Program-made: the position numbers and the translations under genes | The notes under the pieces: generated by a model | Database searches by the model: none | Told to the model about the DNA's origin: nothing | The model's input: the letters and a program-made list of their open reading frames with translations, nothing else | Shown here: positions 24,268 through 34,789 of the stretch, in pieces | Layout: every line of letters begins with the position of its first letter | How positions within the stretch are numbered: the first letter of the stretch is position 1 | Assembly (NCBI GenBank): GCA_963724295.1 | Contig: CAVRUC010000005.1 | Location: forward strand, 1-64,000 | DNA length: 64,000 nt | Source: an uncultured Chloroflexia bacterium | GTDB taxonomy: Bacteria; Chloroflexota; Chloroflexia; Thermomicrobiales; UBA6265 | Direction: 5' to 3'

Positions 24268-24703
24268 AGAACCTGAGCTACGGCCGCGACAACCAATTCG
24301 GCGATTCGACGTGTTCGCCGAGACAAAGCGTCTTGAAGCGCTGGCCCACGGGGAGCCCGATGATGTCGCGAAGGGATATGGAATCAGGATCGCCAAGATC
24401 GTTGCCAGCCGGCGGTTTGGCGGAAGCACCGCCGGGAAGACGAACCACGAGCGAAGAAAAGGCTCAGACGGGGACGAAGACAAGGGGAGTCGATTCGGCG
24501 GTGAGAGCGGCGCCAAGTTCCGAGCCCTCGATGGCGAGCTCCAGTCCGACGAGACGTTTGACCGGGAGATTGTCGACCGCATGGGTCCGGAGTTTTACGA
24601 GGTAGTGTTCCAACCCGCCATACGGGACGCGCTAGCCGCCGGGCGCAAGTACGAACAAATCAGGGACACCATTCGCAAGGATTGGAAGCCGGCGCGGCGC
24701 TGA
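24260..24703 (+). CDS. Conserved hypothetical protein
   Basis: GGAGG RBS and a GTG overlapping the nagB end. Globular charged sequence (IRRFDVFAE...YEQIRDTIR). Confidence 0.75.
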   Translation: MNEEPELRPRQPIRRFDVFAETKRLEALAHGEPDDVAKGYGIRIAKIVASRRFGGSTAGKTNHERRKGSDGDEDKGSRFGGESGAKFRALDGELQSDETFDREIVDRMGPEFYEVVFQPAIRDALAAGRKYEQIRDTIRKDWKPARR

Positions 24704-24723
24704 CCGGATCTGCCAGGTCAACC

Positions 24724-25554
24724 TTAGCGACGGCGCCCGCTGCGCCGTCGGGCCGGCTGAGGCGGTGGTGGCGCCCCGGCCACGGGAGCCTCGGCCGCGG
24801 GTGCGGTCGGTCGCGCAACACTTGGCGTTCCACGCCGCATGGCGGGCAGTCCAACGCGACCGCCACCAAGCCAGATCGCCTTGTAGGCGTACGCGGCTAT
24901 CAGGCCGCCGATGATCGGCCCGACCCAGTAGATCCACCAGTTCGTGAAATCCTGCTGCACAATCGCCGGTCCGAGAGCCCGTGCCGGGTTCATCGCGGCG
25001 CCCGTTATGCGACCTCCCGTCAGGATGTCCATGGTGATGATCAAGCCGATCGCCAGGGGCGCGATCGCCTTTGGACCGCGCGGATCGACCACGGTCCCGA
25101 AGATGACCATGACCAGGAAGAACGTCATCAGGACTTCCATGATCAGCGCGCCGGTGACCGTGACTTCGGGACCGAGCCCGGGCAAACCCAGGTTGACCCC
25201 CGGATTGTTTCTCCCCATCGGTCCCAGGGCTGGAAAAATGAGCGTCAGGACACCGGCTCCCGCGGTGGCGCCGAGCACCTGAGCCACGATGTAGGTGATA
25301 GCCCGGGTCAGGCGGATCTCGCCGGTTGCCAGCATCGAAATGGTGACGGCCGGGTTGAAATGCCCGCCGGAGATGTGGCCCAAAGCGGCGACCATAAGGC
25401 CAATCGCCAACCCGTGAGCCAGGGAAACCGCGACGAGATTGCCACCATCAGCCAGGTTCTGGGTCGAGATGATTGCCCCCACGCCGGCCACAACGAGCGC
25501 AAACGGCCCGATGAACTCGGCGATCGCAGCTGCCCAGAGATCTCGGTCGTCCAC
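24724..25554 (-). CDS. MIP-family channel (aquaporin)
   Basis: HISGGHFNPAV and GAAMNPAR (two NPA motifs); six hydrophobic helices. Confidence 0.96.
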   Translation of the reverse strand: MDDRDLWAAAIAEFIGPFALVVAGVGAIISTQNLADGGNLVAVSLAHGLAIGLMVAALGHISGGHFNPAVTISMLATGEIRLTRAITYIVAQVLGATAGAGVLTLIFPALGPMGRNNPGVNLGLPGLGPEVTVTGALIMEVLMTFFLVMVIFGTVVDPRGPKAIAPLAIGLIITMDILTGGRITGAAMNPARALGPAIVQQDFTNWWIYWVGPIIGGLIAAYAYKAIWLGGGRVGLPAMRRGTPSVARPTAPAAEAPVAGAPPPPQPARRRSGRRR

Positions 25555-25694
25555 AGACCCTCCCCGCCCTAGGTCACACCATCCAACCCGATGCCAGCCG
25601 CCGCGGGCACCTCCGACAACTTCATGCGCCGGATTGTATGGTCGGCTGTGGACGGTGGCAACGGGAACATCTCGGGACGAACCGAGGTACCGCG

Positions 25695-26380
25695 TTAGCC
25701 TGAGGGCGCCACGGTTGGCGCCACTTGACCATCAGTCGGAGTTTGCTGTTCCGCCTCCCGCGCCGCGCCGGGCGGTGGCAGGGTGCTGCGAACCTGGGGA
25801 TTCGCCGGTCGCTCGGGAAGGAGTTGCGCGGACGTTCCCACGCCCGTGACGCCGAACGCCAACGAACCCAGCGCCCGGTCGTCGGCAAACACGAAGGCGC
25901 CATATTGCCCGGGAGCGAGCTCCGCCGGGAGACCGACGGGAAGCGCGAGCCAGCGGTCCGCCGCGCCGGGATCGATGACGACCTCGGGCGTTGCCACGTC
26001 GTTGCCCCAGGCGTCGGTAACGATGGCACGCACCTTCTGTCCGACGGACAGCCCGGTCAGTCGTGCCGCGACGTAAACCGTGCCCGCGCCAGCCGGCACG
26101 CTGGCGTAGCTCCCATCCGGAGTCCCGTCCGGACGGAAGCCGAAGGTCAGCGCTATCTGGCCCAATGCTGGCGCGGGCGGTTGCGTGGGTGCCGGGGTCC
26201 CCGTCGGCGGGAAGTACTTTTGCACGATGCGCGTGGCTTGCTGCGCTGCGAGCTGATCCTCGAGCCCCGCGTCTCGCGCCTGGTCCCTTGCCGCATCTCG
26301 TGCCGCTCCAGTGCTGCAGCCGGCGAGGACCACGCAAACCGCTAAGGTCGCCAGACACCACCGGGCGACGGACCTAATCC
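25695..26380 (-). CDS. Putative lipoprotein with a beta-rich domain and Pro-rich linkers
   Basis: Lipobox VLAG-C after a hydrophobic stretch. Start codon unclear. Confidence 0.65.
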
Positions 26381-27465
26381 GCCACGGAATCCCGAGGCGG
26401 TCGATAAGGCCCGAAAGCGTCCTGGTACTCGTCGGCGACCTCGACGGCCGACTTGTGGACGTAGATTCGTGTCGTAGCAGGTGAGGCATGCCCAAGAATT
26501 GTCTGCACCGTTGATTCACGCACTCGTCGCCGGACAAGCTCGGTCGCCAGTCCGTGCCGGAACGAATGCGGCGTGACCTCGCTCTCGATCCCCGCGGCCT
26601 CCGCCAGACCAGCCACGATGTGCTCGACCGTGCGCGGGCTGATCGCCGAACCAGGGACGCCAATTCTATCCCGGCCGCTAAAGGCAGGTAACGCGCCAGC
26701 TCCTCGTAAAGGGTCTCCGCGCATCGACCAGTAGGCAGTCAACGCCGTCGCCGTCTCGCCGTCGAAGTGCACGGTGCGGCTCTTGCCGCCTTTGGCGCGA
26801 TAGATGCCAGCCGCGCCATCGGCCAAATCAATGTCACGCCGTCTCAAGGCGCAAAGCTCGGAAACCCGCACGCCGGAGCGGAAGAGAAACCGGATCATTG
26901 CCCGCACCTTCAACCGGCGCAGCTCGAGCTGGGGCTTCTCCTCGCGCGGCAGCTTATCGACAAATGACACGATCTCTTCGAGATCCGAAAGCTTGACGTC
27001 AGGCGGTGGCGGAGCGAAGCGAGGCATCATGGCCGATATTCTGGTTTTGATGCGGTCCCCTGCGAGGTCGGTGTTGAGGTCGTAGCTGGACAGGTAGGAG
27101 CAGAACTTGCGCACCGCGGAGATGTTGTTTTGCGCTGTGCGCATTTGTGAAACCTCTTCCGGTGTGCGGATGTCTGGAGGGACCAGGATCGCCGCGAACG
27201 ACGTGACGTGGTCGGGTCGGAGCGCTGTGACGGGCGCTGTCTCCGGATCGATTCCTTCGTGTTGCGAGAGATGACGAAGGAACTTGGCAATTCCATGCCA
27301 GTACGTCTTCTTGGTCCGGGGGGCGAGTCGCAGGTCGCCGAAGAAGAGATCGACCGCGGTCGCGATCGTCGGTCCTTCGCCCTGCTCGTCCAGCGACATT
27401 GGTGCCCGGTGCGCGCTCCCCGCGACTCGATTGTCCGTGGCACGGGGCGCCGTCGAGTGCTCCAT
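26374..27465 (-). CDS. Tyrosine recombinase, XerC/XerD-like
   Basis: Catalytic set present: SGVRVSE (R), AKGGK (K), PHSFRH (HxxR), LGHAS (H) and TTRIY (Y). Confidence 0.92.
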   Translation of the reverse strand: MEHSTAPRATDNRVAGSAHRAPMSLDEQGEGPTIATAVDLFFGDLRLAPRTKKTYWHGIAKFLRHLSQHEGIDPETAPVTALRPDHVTSFAAILVPPDIRTPEEVSQMRTAQNNISAVRKFCSYLSSYDLNTDLAGDRIKTRISAMMPRFAPPPPDVKLSDLEEIVSFVDKLPREEKPQLELRRLKVRAMIRFLFRSGVRVSELCALRRRDIDLADGAAGIYRAKGGKSRTVHFDGETATALTAYWSMRGDPLRGAGALPAFSGRDRIGVPGSAISPRTVEHIVAGLAEAAGIESEVTPHSFRHGLATELVRRRVRESTVQTILGHASPATTRIYVHKSAVEVADEYQDAFGPYRPPRDSVAD

Positions 27466-27589
27466 CGGGCCCTCCCTATTCGCGGCAAGCGGGGGCTCGA
27501 TCCGTGCGGGGCAACCACTGTACGTTCACTGTAGCACGTTCTCTTGTGCGCTCTTGCCCGATGGTGCTTCGTGAAGCGCAGGCCGCAAT

Positions 27590-27979
27590 TCACCGGCGGC
27601 GATAGCGTTCGATGAGACCCGCCATGTCAGCGTGGAACTGGCCGTTGGAGACGATGCGCGTCACACCAGCGGCTTTAGCGGCGCGCCGGCCCTCGACGTC
27701 TACGTGCGGACCGAAGGCCAGCGTCGGCACACCTCCAGCCTTCGCCCCCGACAGCTCTTCACGAATCACATCCCAGGAGACAACCCCATTCATATCAATG
27801 ATGCCGATGGCCACGGACGCCGGCTCCTGATGCAACGCGTCGACAAACTGCTCGGCCGTGGAGACGAAGCGGGCTTCGAGCCCGAGGCTGCTGAGAGCGC
27901 TTCGAATGCGGGACCCGAAAATCAGATCCCGATTCAATACCACGGCCAGAGTCGGCGTCCTATCCGTCGCTTCGCTCAT
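27590..27979 (-). CDS. Atypical receiver-fold (CheY-like) protein
   Basis: Alternating beta/alpha pattern: VVLNRDL, IIDMN, TLAFGPHVD, AKAAGV. Confidence 0.7.
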   Translation of the reverse strand: MSEATDRTPTLAVVLNRDLIFGSRIRSALSSLGLEARFVSTAEQFVDALHQEPASVAIGIIDMNGVVSWDVIREELSGAKAGGVPTLAFGPHVDVEGRRAAKAAGVTRIVSNGQFHADMAGLIERYRRR

Positions 27980-28144
27980 GTCGAATTCAGCTCCCTGGCT
28001 TGGTCATCGTCACCGATTGATACCCCGAATCTCGTCGACACCGCCTCCCGGAACCTATGCTACGATCGATCTCGGTCTACCCGGATAGCGGCAAGATTGC
28101 ATTGCGTCACCGCATCGACGATGCGGCGGACAGGAGCGCTCCCC

Positions 28145-29140
28145 GTGGCGAAAACGAAGGGCGGAAACGCGTCAGGACGGCGGCTTCAAGTCGACTACAT
28201 GACGCGCACCGAGCGCGTGCAGGCGGCCGTCAATGGCGCCGAGGTGGACCGGGTTCCCATCTGCTTCTGGCACCACTTTCAACCGGAAGGCTCCGGGCGC
28301 GCCATGGCGGAAGCCACCCTTCGTTTCTTCGACGACGAGTTCGCGTTAGACATCGCGAAAGTGATGCCGGATCTCCCCTATCCATTTCCCAAGAAATCGA
28401 TCTCCTCGATCGATGATTGGCGGCTGATCGAGCCGATCGACGCCACGCGATCCCGATATTTTCGAGAGCGAGCGGAGTCTGTCGGGTTACTCAGGGATGC
28501 TCTCGGCTTCGACACTCCTGTCATCATGACCGTGTTCAGTCCACTGGCAGAAGCGATGTACGCGGCTCGTGATCGCGATCAATTCCTCGCCCATCTCCGA
28601 GAGCACCCGGTGGTCATCCACGAGGCGTTAGCCACCATTGCCGAGAATCTGGCGGCTCATATGCGCGATATCATCGATGCCGGAGCGGACGGCATCTTCT
28701 TTGCGTTGCAAGGCTGCTCCCGCAGCATCTTGACCGAGCAGCAGTACCGGGAGTTCGGGCGGCCATACGATCTCATAGCGTTGCGCGGCGCCTCGAGCGG
28801 CTGGCTGAACATTCTGCACGTCCATGGTGAGAAAGATCTGATGTTCGACCAGTCACTGGATTATCCGGTCCAGGTTCTCAGTTGGTCCGATCGCATCGCC
28901 GGGCCGAGCCTGCGCGAGGCCCGAGTCAAGACGAGCAAATGCCTGATGGGCGGCTGGAACGAGTTTGGTGCGTTATCCCAGGGCCCGGAAGAGCAGATCG
29001 TAGCCGAGGCGAAGGACGCCCTGGCCCAAACCGGCGGTCGCAAATTCATTCTGGCCAACGGCTGCTCGGTTCCGGACGACACCGACCATCGATGGTTGGA
29101 AATCGCCCGCGCCGTCGTCGAGGAACTTCCGGTCAGCTGA
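28145..29140 (+). CDS. Uroporphyrinogen decarboxylase-superfamily protein (URO-D/MtaA-like)
   Basis: ERV.AA..G..VDRVP, AGADGIF, ILHVHG and FILANGCS. AGGAG RBS before GTG. Confidence 0.88.
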   Translation: MAKTKGGNASGRRLQVDYMTRTERVQAAVNGAEVDRVPICFWHHFQPEGSGRAMAEATLRFFDDEFALDIAKVMPDLPYPFPKKSISSIDDWRLIEPIDATRSRYFRERAESVGLLRDALGFDTPVIMTVFSPLAEAMYAARDRDQFLAHLREHPVVIHEALATIAENLAAHMRDIIDAGADGIFFALQGCSRSILTEQQYREFGRPYDLIALRGASSGWLNILHVHGEKDLMFDQSLDYPVQVLSWSDRIAGPSLREARVKTSKCLMGGWNEFGALSQGPEEQIVAEAKDALAQTGGRKFILANGCSVPDDTDHRWLEIARAVVEELPVS

Positions 29141-29148
29141 GCTTCCGG

Positions 29149-30225
29149 TCAATCGTCGGCCGTAGCTCCGGCCTCCGCCTTCTCTCGCTTCTCCATGATG
29201 TTGGTCGAATGGCCGGCATCGAGGCGGGCTTTCGGGTCGTAGTGGGTCACCGCGTGGTTGACCGCGGTGACGGCTTCTGCCGCGCCGGTCACGATGAGCT
29301 TGAACTTGGCCGGGTAGGTCACGACGTCGCCCGCGGCGTAAACACCGGGAATACCAGTTTCCATCGTGGTCTTGTCGACCACGATCTGGTTGCGTTGCAG
29401 TTCGAAGCCCCATGTTTTCATCGGGCCGAGGTCCGCGACGAACCCGATTGCCACGATCAGATCGTCGGCGGGAATGGTGCGCTCATCGCCCGACGCGTTC
29501 TTGAACGTGACAGCACCTAGCCGTCCATCGTCGCCTTCCTGGATCGCGGTAATCTCACAGCCGGGGTAGTTGAGGTCGACCGTCGACTCTTCGAGCTGAC
29601 GGACCGTCGCTTCATGAGCCCGGAACTTCGATCGGTGAATCAGCGTCACCTGCGCCGCTACTGGCTCCAGCGTCACGGCCCAATCGACCGCGGAGTCGCC
29701 GCCCCCGACAATGACCACCTGCTTGTCGCGAAAGTCCTCGACGCGCTTCGCAAAATAGTGAACGCCTTTACCTTCGAGCTCCCGGAGTCCGGGCACCGTC
29801 AATCGCTTCGGCTCGAAGGCTCCGACCCCGGCGCAGACGATCACTGTCCGGCTCCAGCGGTCGCCTCTTGTGGTTCCCAACCGGATCAACCCGTCCGGCA
29901 ATGCCTCCAGCTCGAGCACCTGCTCGTTCAAGCGGATCGTCGGCTCCGCTTGGCGCGCCTGGATGTCGCAATGGGCGACAAAGTCCTTTGCCAGCACGCG
30001 GGGAAACCCGATCACATCGTAGATGTATTTCTCCGGATAGATCGCGGTCAGTGCGCCGCCTGGCTCTTCCAGCGCGTCGATCACCTGTGTGCGAGCCCCG
30101 CGCAGACCGGCATAGAATGCGGCGAACTGCCCGGTTGGACCGGCTCCAATGATGGTGATGTCGAAGATGTCGTCGCCCGGAATCGTGCGCGGCGGATCGA
30201 GGACCGCCCCGGGTACCTGAGACAT
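29149..30225 (-). CDS. Ferredoxin--NADP+ reductase, TrxB-like (YumC type)
   Basis: GAGPTG, YPEKYIYD..GFP, GGGDSAVDWA and GVYAAGD..YPAK.KLI. No CxxC. Confidence 0.92.
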   Translation of the reverse strand: MSQVPGAVLDPPRTIPGDDIFDITIIGAGPTGQFAAFYAGLRGARTQVIDALEEPGGALTAIYPEKYIYDVIGFPRVLAKDFVAHCDIQARQAEPTIRLNEQVLELEALPDGLIRLGTTRGDRWSRTVIVCAGVGAFEPKRLTVPGLRELEGKGVHYFAKRVEDFRDKQVVIVGGGDSAVDWAVTLEPVAAQVTLIHRSKFRAHEATVRQLEESTVDLNYPGCEITAIQEGDDGRLGAVTFKNASGDERTIPADDLIVAIGFVADLGPMKTWGFELQRNQIVVDKTTMETGIPGVYAAGDVVTYPAKFKLIVTGAAEAVTAVNHAVTHYDPKARLDAGHSTNIMEKREKAEAGATADD

Positions 30226-30435
30226 GGGATAAGACTCCTAGCCAGGGGACGCCAGCGGTCGGCTCCCCGTTTCGATGTTGCCAGCGATTCTAGCATCGCC
30301 CCGGTCGTCGGCCCCTGAATCCACCTGTACCCTCAGCCCAATTCCGAGACGATTCGTGGCCTGGTTTCAGAACGCGTCCGGCCGATCCTAGAATGCATGA
30401 GAATGCGACAAACGCATGGTGAGGATGGAGATGGC

Positions 30436-31668
30436 ATGACAGTACAAACCAGGGATTCGCGGCACGCTGACGTCGACGCCTTGTTGTCGCGTCGCGCGCG
30501 ACAGGTCGGTACCGAACCGCTCTTGCAGGGTATGGACGGCGTCGGACAGCGCATCTCCTTCATCTTCGGCTTCCCAGACCCGGCGTCATTGCCGGCCGAT
30601 GAAGTGGCCGCTGTGACAACTCGCGTGCTCGGCGAGCGTGGCCACGCCGCCCTGCAGTACGGCGATAACGCCGGCTATTCCGGGTTGATCGATGCCCTGC
30701 TCGCGAAGCTGGCGCGCGATCAGGGGATTCGCGCGCAGCGCGAAAACGTGCTCATCACCGCCGGAGGTTCTCAGGCCATCGACTTGCTTCTCGACGCGCT
30801 CGTCGACTGGGGGGACACGATCGTCAGCGAGATGCCGACCTGGATCGGCGCCGTGCAGGCGTTTCGCAATGTCGGCGCCGACATCGTTTCGATCCCGGTC
30901 GACGAGCAGGGCATCGACGCGACCGCGCTCGATCGCGAGCTGCGCCGGCTTCGCGACCAGGGCACGACCCCGAAGTTCATCTATGCCAACGCAAACTTTC
31001 AGAATCCAACAGGCGCGACCATGTCCCTGCAGCGCCGTCATGACCTTCTCGCCCTCGCTCGGGCCGCGAATACGCTGGTCATCGAGGACGACGCCTACTT
31101 TGACTTGAGGTACGACGGCGAGAAGCTGCCCACCATTTATTCCCTTGATGACGGCGGCTCTGTCGTCTACATGGGAACGTTCTCGAAGACCATGGGTCCC
31201 GGCATGCGGCTTGGTTGGCTGGTGGGTCCGCCGGAGCTGATCCGGCGCGTCTCGGCGCTGAAGGTCGACGGCGGCACAAACGTATTCGGCGCCCATGTTG
31301 CCGCGGACTGGGTGCCGGAGAGGCTCCTTCCGCACGTCGCGCGGCTGCGTGACGTCTATCAGCGACGGCGTGACCTGATGCTTGCCGCGCTCGAGCGGCA
31401 CATGCCACCTGGCTCGACGTGGACCGTCCCGGAGGGCGGGTTCTTCATCTGGCTGACCCTGCCCCCCGAAATCGACACGAAACGCATGCTTCCGCAAGTT
31501 CGGGAACGAGGCGTGGAGTATCTACCAGGGCCGGCCTGCTTCGCCGAAAACGCCGGCGCCAATCAATTGCGTCTCTCGTACTCGTTTGTCCAGGACGATC
31601 TGATCGACCCCGGGATCCGGGTGATCGGCGAAGTTGCCGCGGCCGACCTGCGTGAGGCTCGCGCGTAG
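30436..31668 (+). CDS. Class I/II PLP aminotransferase (LysN/2-aminoadipate-like)
   Basis: GFPDP, ALQYG, NFQNPTG, IEDDAY, GTFSK..PGMRLGW and LRLSYS. Confidence 0.93.
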   Translation: MTVQTRDSRHADVDALLSRRARQVGTEPLLQGMDGVGQRISFIFGFPDPASLPADEVAAVTTRVLGERGHAALQYGDNAGYSGLIDALLAKLARDQGIRAQRENVLITAGGSQAIDLLLDALVDWGDTIVSEMPTWIGAVQAFRNVGADIVSIPVDEQGIDATALDRELRRLRDQGTTPKFIYANANFQNPTGATMSLQRRHDLLALARAANTLVIEDDAYFDLRYDGEKLPTIYSLDDGGSVVYMGTFSKTMGPGMRLGWLVGPPELIRRVSALKVDGGTNVFGAHVAADWVPERLLPHVARLRDVYQRRRDLMLAALERHMPPGSTWTVPEGGFFIWLTLPPEIDTKRMLPQVRERGVEYLPGPACFAENAGANQLRLSYSFVQDDLIDPGIRVIGEVAAADLREARA

Positions 31669-31990
31669 GACGAAGCTCGCGGACCGACCATTCGATAATC
31701 GAACCTGTCGGAACTCTGCATGGGGCTTCACACCGCGTTGAGCAATAGCGTTACCGGCATCTGGTGAAGGCTAATCCGCAAGCGAGATCGATCTACGCGT
31801 TATGGTCGGCTTGCGTCCGGCAGTGTATGCGGAATAGCATGGGCCGCATACTCGAGATCGGGAGTCGTAGTGCCATGTTCCCGGCGGCGGGCTAAGACCA
31901 TTTGTAGCTCAACGGGTCGCGTCTGTTCGATGGTAGCGATGTCGGTAGGCTGGAGAGTAGCGACCCGGCAGTCACGATGGAGGTCTCAAC

Positions 31991-33718
31991 GTGAAAGACG
32001 CTCGCGTAAACCGCCTGTTCACACTTGCTCGGGCTGGTCGCGTGAGCCGCCGCCAACTTCTCGAAACTGGGTTGCGCCTCGGGCTCGCCTCACCCGTGAT
32101 CTTGTCCTTGATGGAGGCTGCGCCCAAAGCCGCGTCCGCCGCGCCTGCGTCTCCGGCGGTTCATCTTGGCGCGTTCACGGCTCAGGCAGGAGTCCAGTGG
32201 CACGCTGACCGTCCTCTGGACGTCCGGCACGGAGGATATCGACCCTCACTACACCTACTCCGATCCCGCCTCCTCAGTCGCACTGTTGGTGTACGAGATG
32301 CTCTTGGTTCTCAAGGGCGACACTACCGACGAGTTCGAGCCAATGCTGGCCGAATCCTGGGAGGTCAGCGAGGATCAGTCAATTTACACATTCAAGCTCT
32401 TACCCGGACGTGCTGTTCCACGACGGAACGCCAGCAAATGCTCAAGCCGTGAAAGATTCCTACACCCGATGGATCGAGCTGGAAGGCGGTCCCGTCAACG
32501 TCATCACCCGATTCTGCGATTCGCCTGACAAGATGGAAGTCGTTGATGAAACGACGCTGCGTTTCAACCTCGGCAGGCCGCAGCCGCTTTTCCTTGCGGC
32601 CATGGCGTCGTCTTATGGCCCGATGGTCATCAGCCCAACCGCGCTCGCTGCGAACGCCACGGCAGAAGATCCTTATGCTCATGAATGGGCGAAGGCAATT
32701 TGCCGTCGGTAGTGGTCCCTACATGCTTGAGTCGAACTCGGTCAGCGACGGAATAACCTTAGCGAAATTCGATGACTACCATCGAGGATGGGAAGGCAAC
32801 CACTTCGACAGCGTCATTTTTCGCGTTGTGCCGGAGGATGCAACGCGTCGACAACTGCTGGAGCGCGGTGAGGCCGACGGAACGACGAGCAACTTGACGA
32901 TCGAGGCTCTGGACGCCCTACGCAGTAATCCCGCGGTTCAGGTCATCGAATATCCGACCACGAGGGTGACCTGGGACATCATGAACGCCCCACGACTCCT
33001 CAACAAGGAAGTCCGGCAGGGATTTTCGTACGCGTTCCCATACGACGAAGTTCTGAACGTCGTCTACAGGGGTCTCCTGAAGAGATCAGGCCCGATTGCC
33101 GACAGCTGTGCGCGGATATGACCCTGACGTGTTTCTCTATCAGACCGATCTGGACAAGGCAAAAGAACTGATCCTTGCAGGTGGCTTCAAGGAGGGGGAT
33201 GTCTTCGAGTACATGGTCGACGCGAACGAGGAGACAGACCAGACGGTCGCTCAGCTCTTCCAGGCCAACGTCCAGGCTATGGGCTTCAATCTCGAACTCA
33301 TCTCGGTCGACTATGCCACGATGGAGTCGACTGTCTATGGAGACGCCCCACCCGAGGAGCGCCCGCACTTTATCGGTCTCTGGGGCTGGTGGCCCGACTA
33401 CAACGACCCTTGGAACCAACTCTGGCCGAATTTCACGGAGGCCAACGTCGGTGGTGGCGGATCAAACGCGGGTGCATGGGTGAACTCAGCGCTTCGAAGA
33501 GATCATGGCGGAGGCAGAGCACTTCGAGAGCGAGGAGCAACTCGACGAACTGATGAAGGAAGCCCAGAACATCCTGACTGAGCAGGATCCGCCCGCCATC
33601 TACCATGGGCAACGGGCCGACTTCACAGTGCTCGGCGCTGACATCCAGGGGTTCGTCCCGAACCCGATTGTACTTCCTGGCCTACAACGCTTACGGCATG
33701 TCGAGGGCATCCTCCTGA
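31991..33718 (+). CDS. ABC peptide/nickel-family (SBP_bac_5) substrate-binding protein with Tat-like leader, several frameshifts
   Basis: VSRRQLL leader, IDPH, LAESWEVS, FHDG, GSGPY and WWPDYNDP, across consecutive frames. Confidence 0.85.
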
Positions 33719-33781
33719 CGCGGCCACGGTTCCGTTGAGAGCGACTGCGCCGGTCGCGCCCACAAAGACAGTGATGGTGGC

Positions 33782-34789
33782 ATGCTCGTCAGGCTGATCG
33801 TTCGGCGGCTGATCTTTCTGATCTTCGTGCTCTTCGGCCTTTCGCTGATTACCTTTGGGCTTTCGCACATCATTCCCGGCGATCCAGCCCGCCTGATGGC
33901 CGGACCGCGCGCCGGGAAGAGCGCCGTGGAAAAGATCCGCGAGAAGTACGGGCTCAATGACCCGTTGCCCACGCAGTACGTGACCTACGTGCGAAATCTC
34001 GCCCACGGTGACTTCGGCACGTCGTTCACGACCAGGCGGCCGGTGAGCGACGATCTGAAGCGGTATCTGCCGGCCACGATCGAGCTGGGAGCTATCGCGT
34101 TCGTGATGTCGACATTGATCGGAATCCCCTTGGGGATTCTCTCCTCTGTACGGCGTGACAAGCTTCCCGACCACGTCGCGCGGTTCATCTCGATCTCGGG
34201 GCTGGCCCTGCCCGTTTTCTGGCTGGCGATCATGGCTCAGTTTGTGTTCTTCGGCCGGCTGGGCTGGCTTCCCGATGGAGCGCGCATTCCGATCGGCACG
34301 GATCCACCACCGACGGTTACCGGCATGTACACGATTGATTCGTTGCTCGCTGGCGACTGGGAGCTGTTTCGCGAATCCATTGTCCACCTCGTGATGCCGG
34401 CCACCGTGCTGGCCTACGGTTCGCTCGCCGTCGTCACGCGCATGGTCCGTGGCGGCATGCTCGAGGTTCTCAATCAGGACTACATCCGCACGGCCCGGGC
34501 GAAAGGCATCGCCCCGCGAACCGTCATCTTCGGGCACGCGGTCAAGAACGCCATGCTGCCGACAGTCACGTCGCTCGGGCTCCAGATTGGACTCCTCCTC
34601 TCAGGCGCGTTTCTGGTCGAGATCGTCTTCTCCTGGCCCGGTATCGGCAGGTACGCCGTCGAAGCGATCCAGCGGCTCGACTACAACGCCACCATGGCGA
34701 CGACATTGGTCATTGCCCTGATCTTCGTACTCATGAACCTTGTGGTTGACATCCTGTATCTCTTCCTCGATCCACGGATCGCGTACTGA
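33782..34789 (+). CDS. Peptide ABC transporter permease (DppB/OppB-like)
   Basis: PGDPA, GDFGTS, QDYIRTARAKG and FSWPGIG. Confidence 0.95.
   Translation: MLVRLIVRRLIFLIFVLFGLSLITFGLSHIIPGDPARLMAGPRAGKSAVEKIREKYGLNDPLPTQYVTYVRNLAHGDFGTSFTTRRPVSDDLKRYLPATIELGAIAFVMSTLIGIPLGILSSVRRDKLPDHVARFISISGLALPVFWLAIMAQFVFFGRLGWLPDGARIPIGTDPPPTVTGMYTIDSLLAGDWELFRESIVHLVMPATVLAYGSLAVVTRMVRGGMLEVLNQDYIRTARAKGIAPRTVIFGHAVKNAMLPTVTSLGLQIGLLLSGAFLVEIVFSWPGIGRYAVEAIQRLDYNATMATTLVIALIFVLMNLVVDILYLFLDPRIAY

Noticed and set aside
29149..30225. Thioredoxin reductase as partner for the selenoprotein
   Set aside because: It has no CxxC, its motifs are those of TrxB-like ferredoxin-NADP+ reductase, and it lies 30 kb away.
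31669..31990. Riboswitch upstream of the peptide ABC operon
   Set aside because: Some inverted repeats are present (GTATGCGG..CCGCATAC; CGGGTCGC..GCGACCCG) but no known aptamer consensus.
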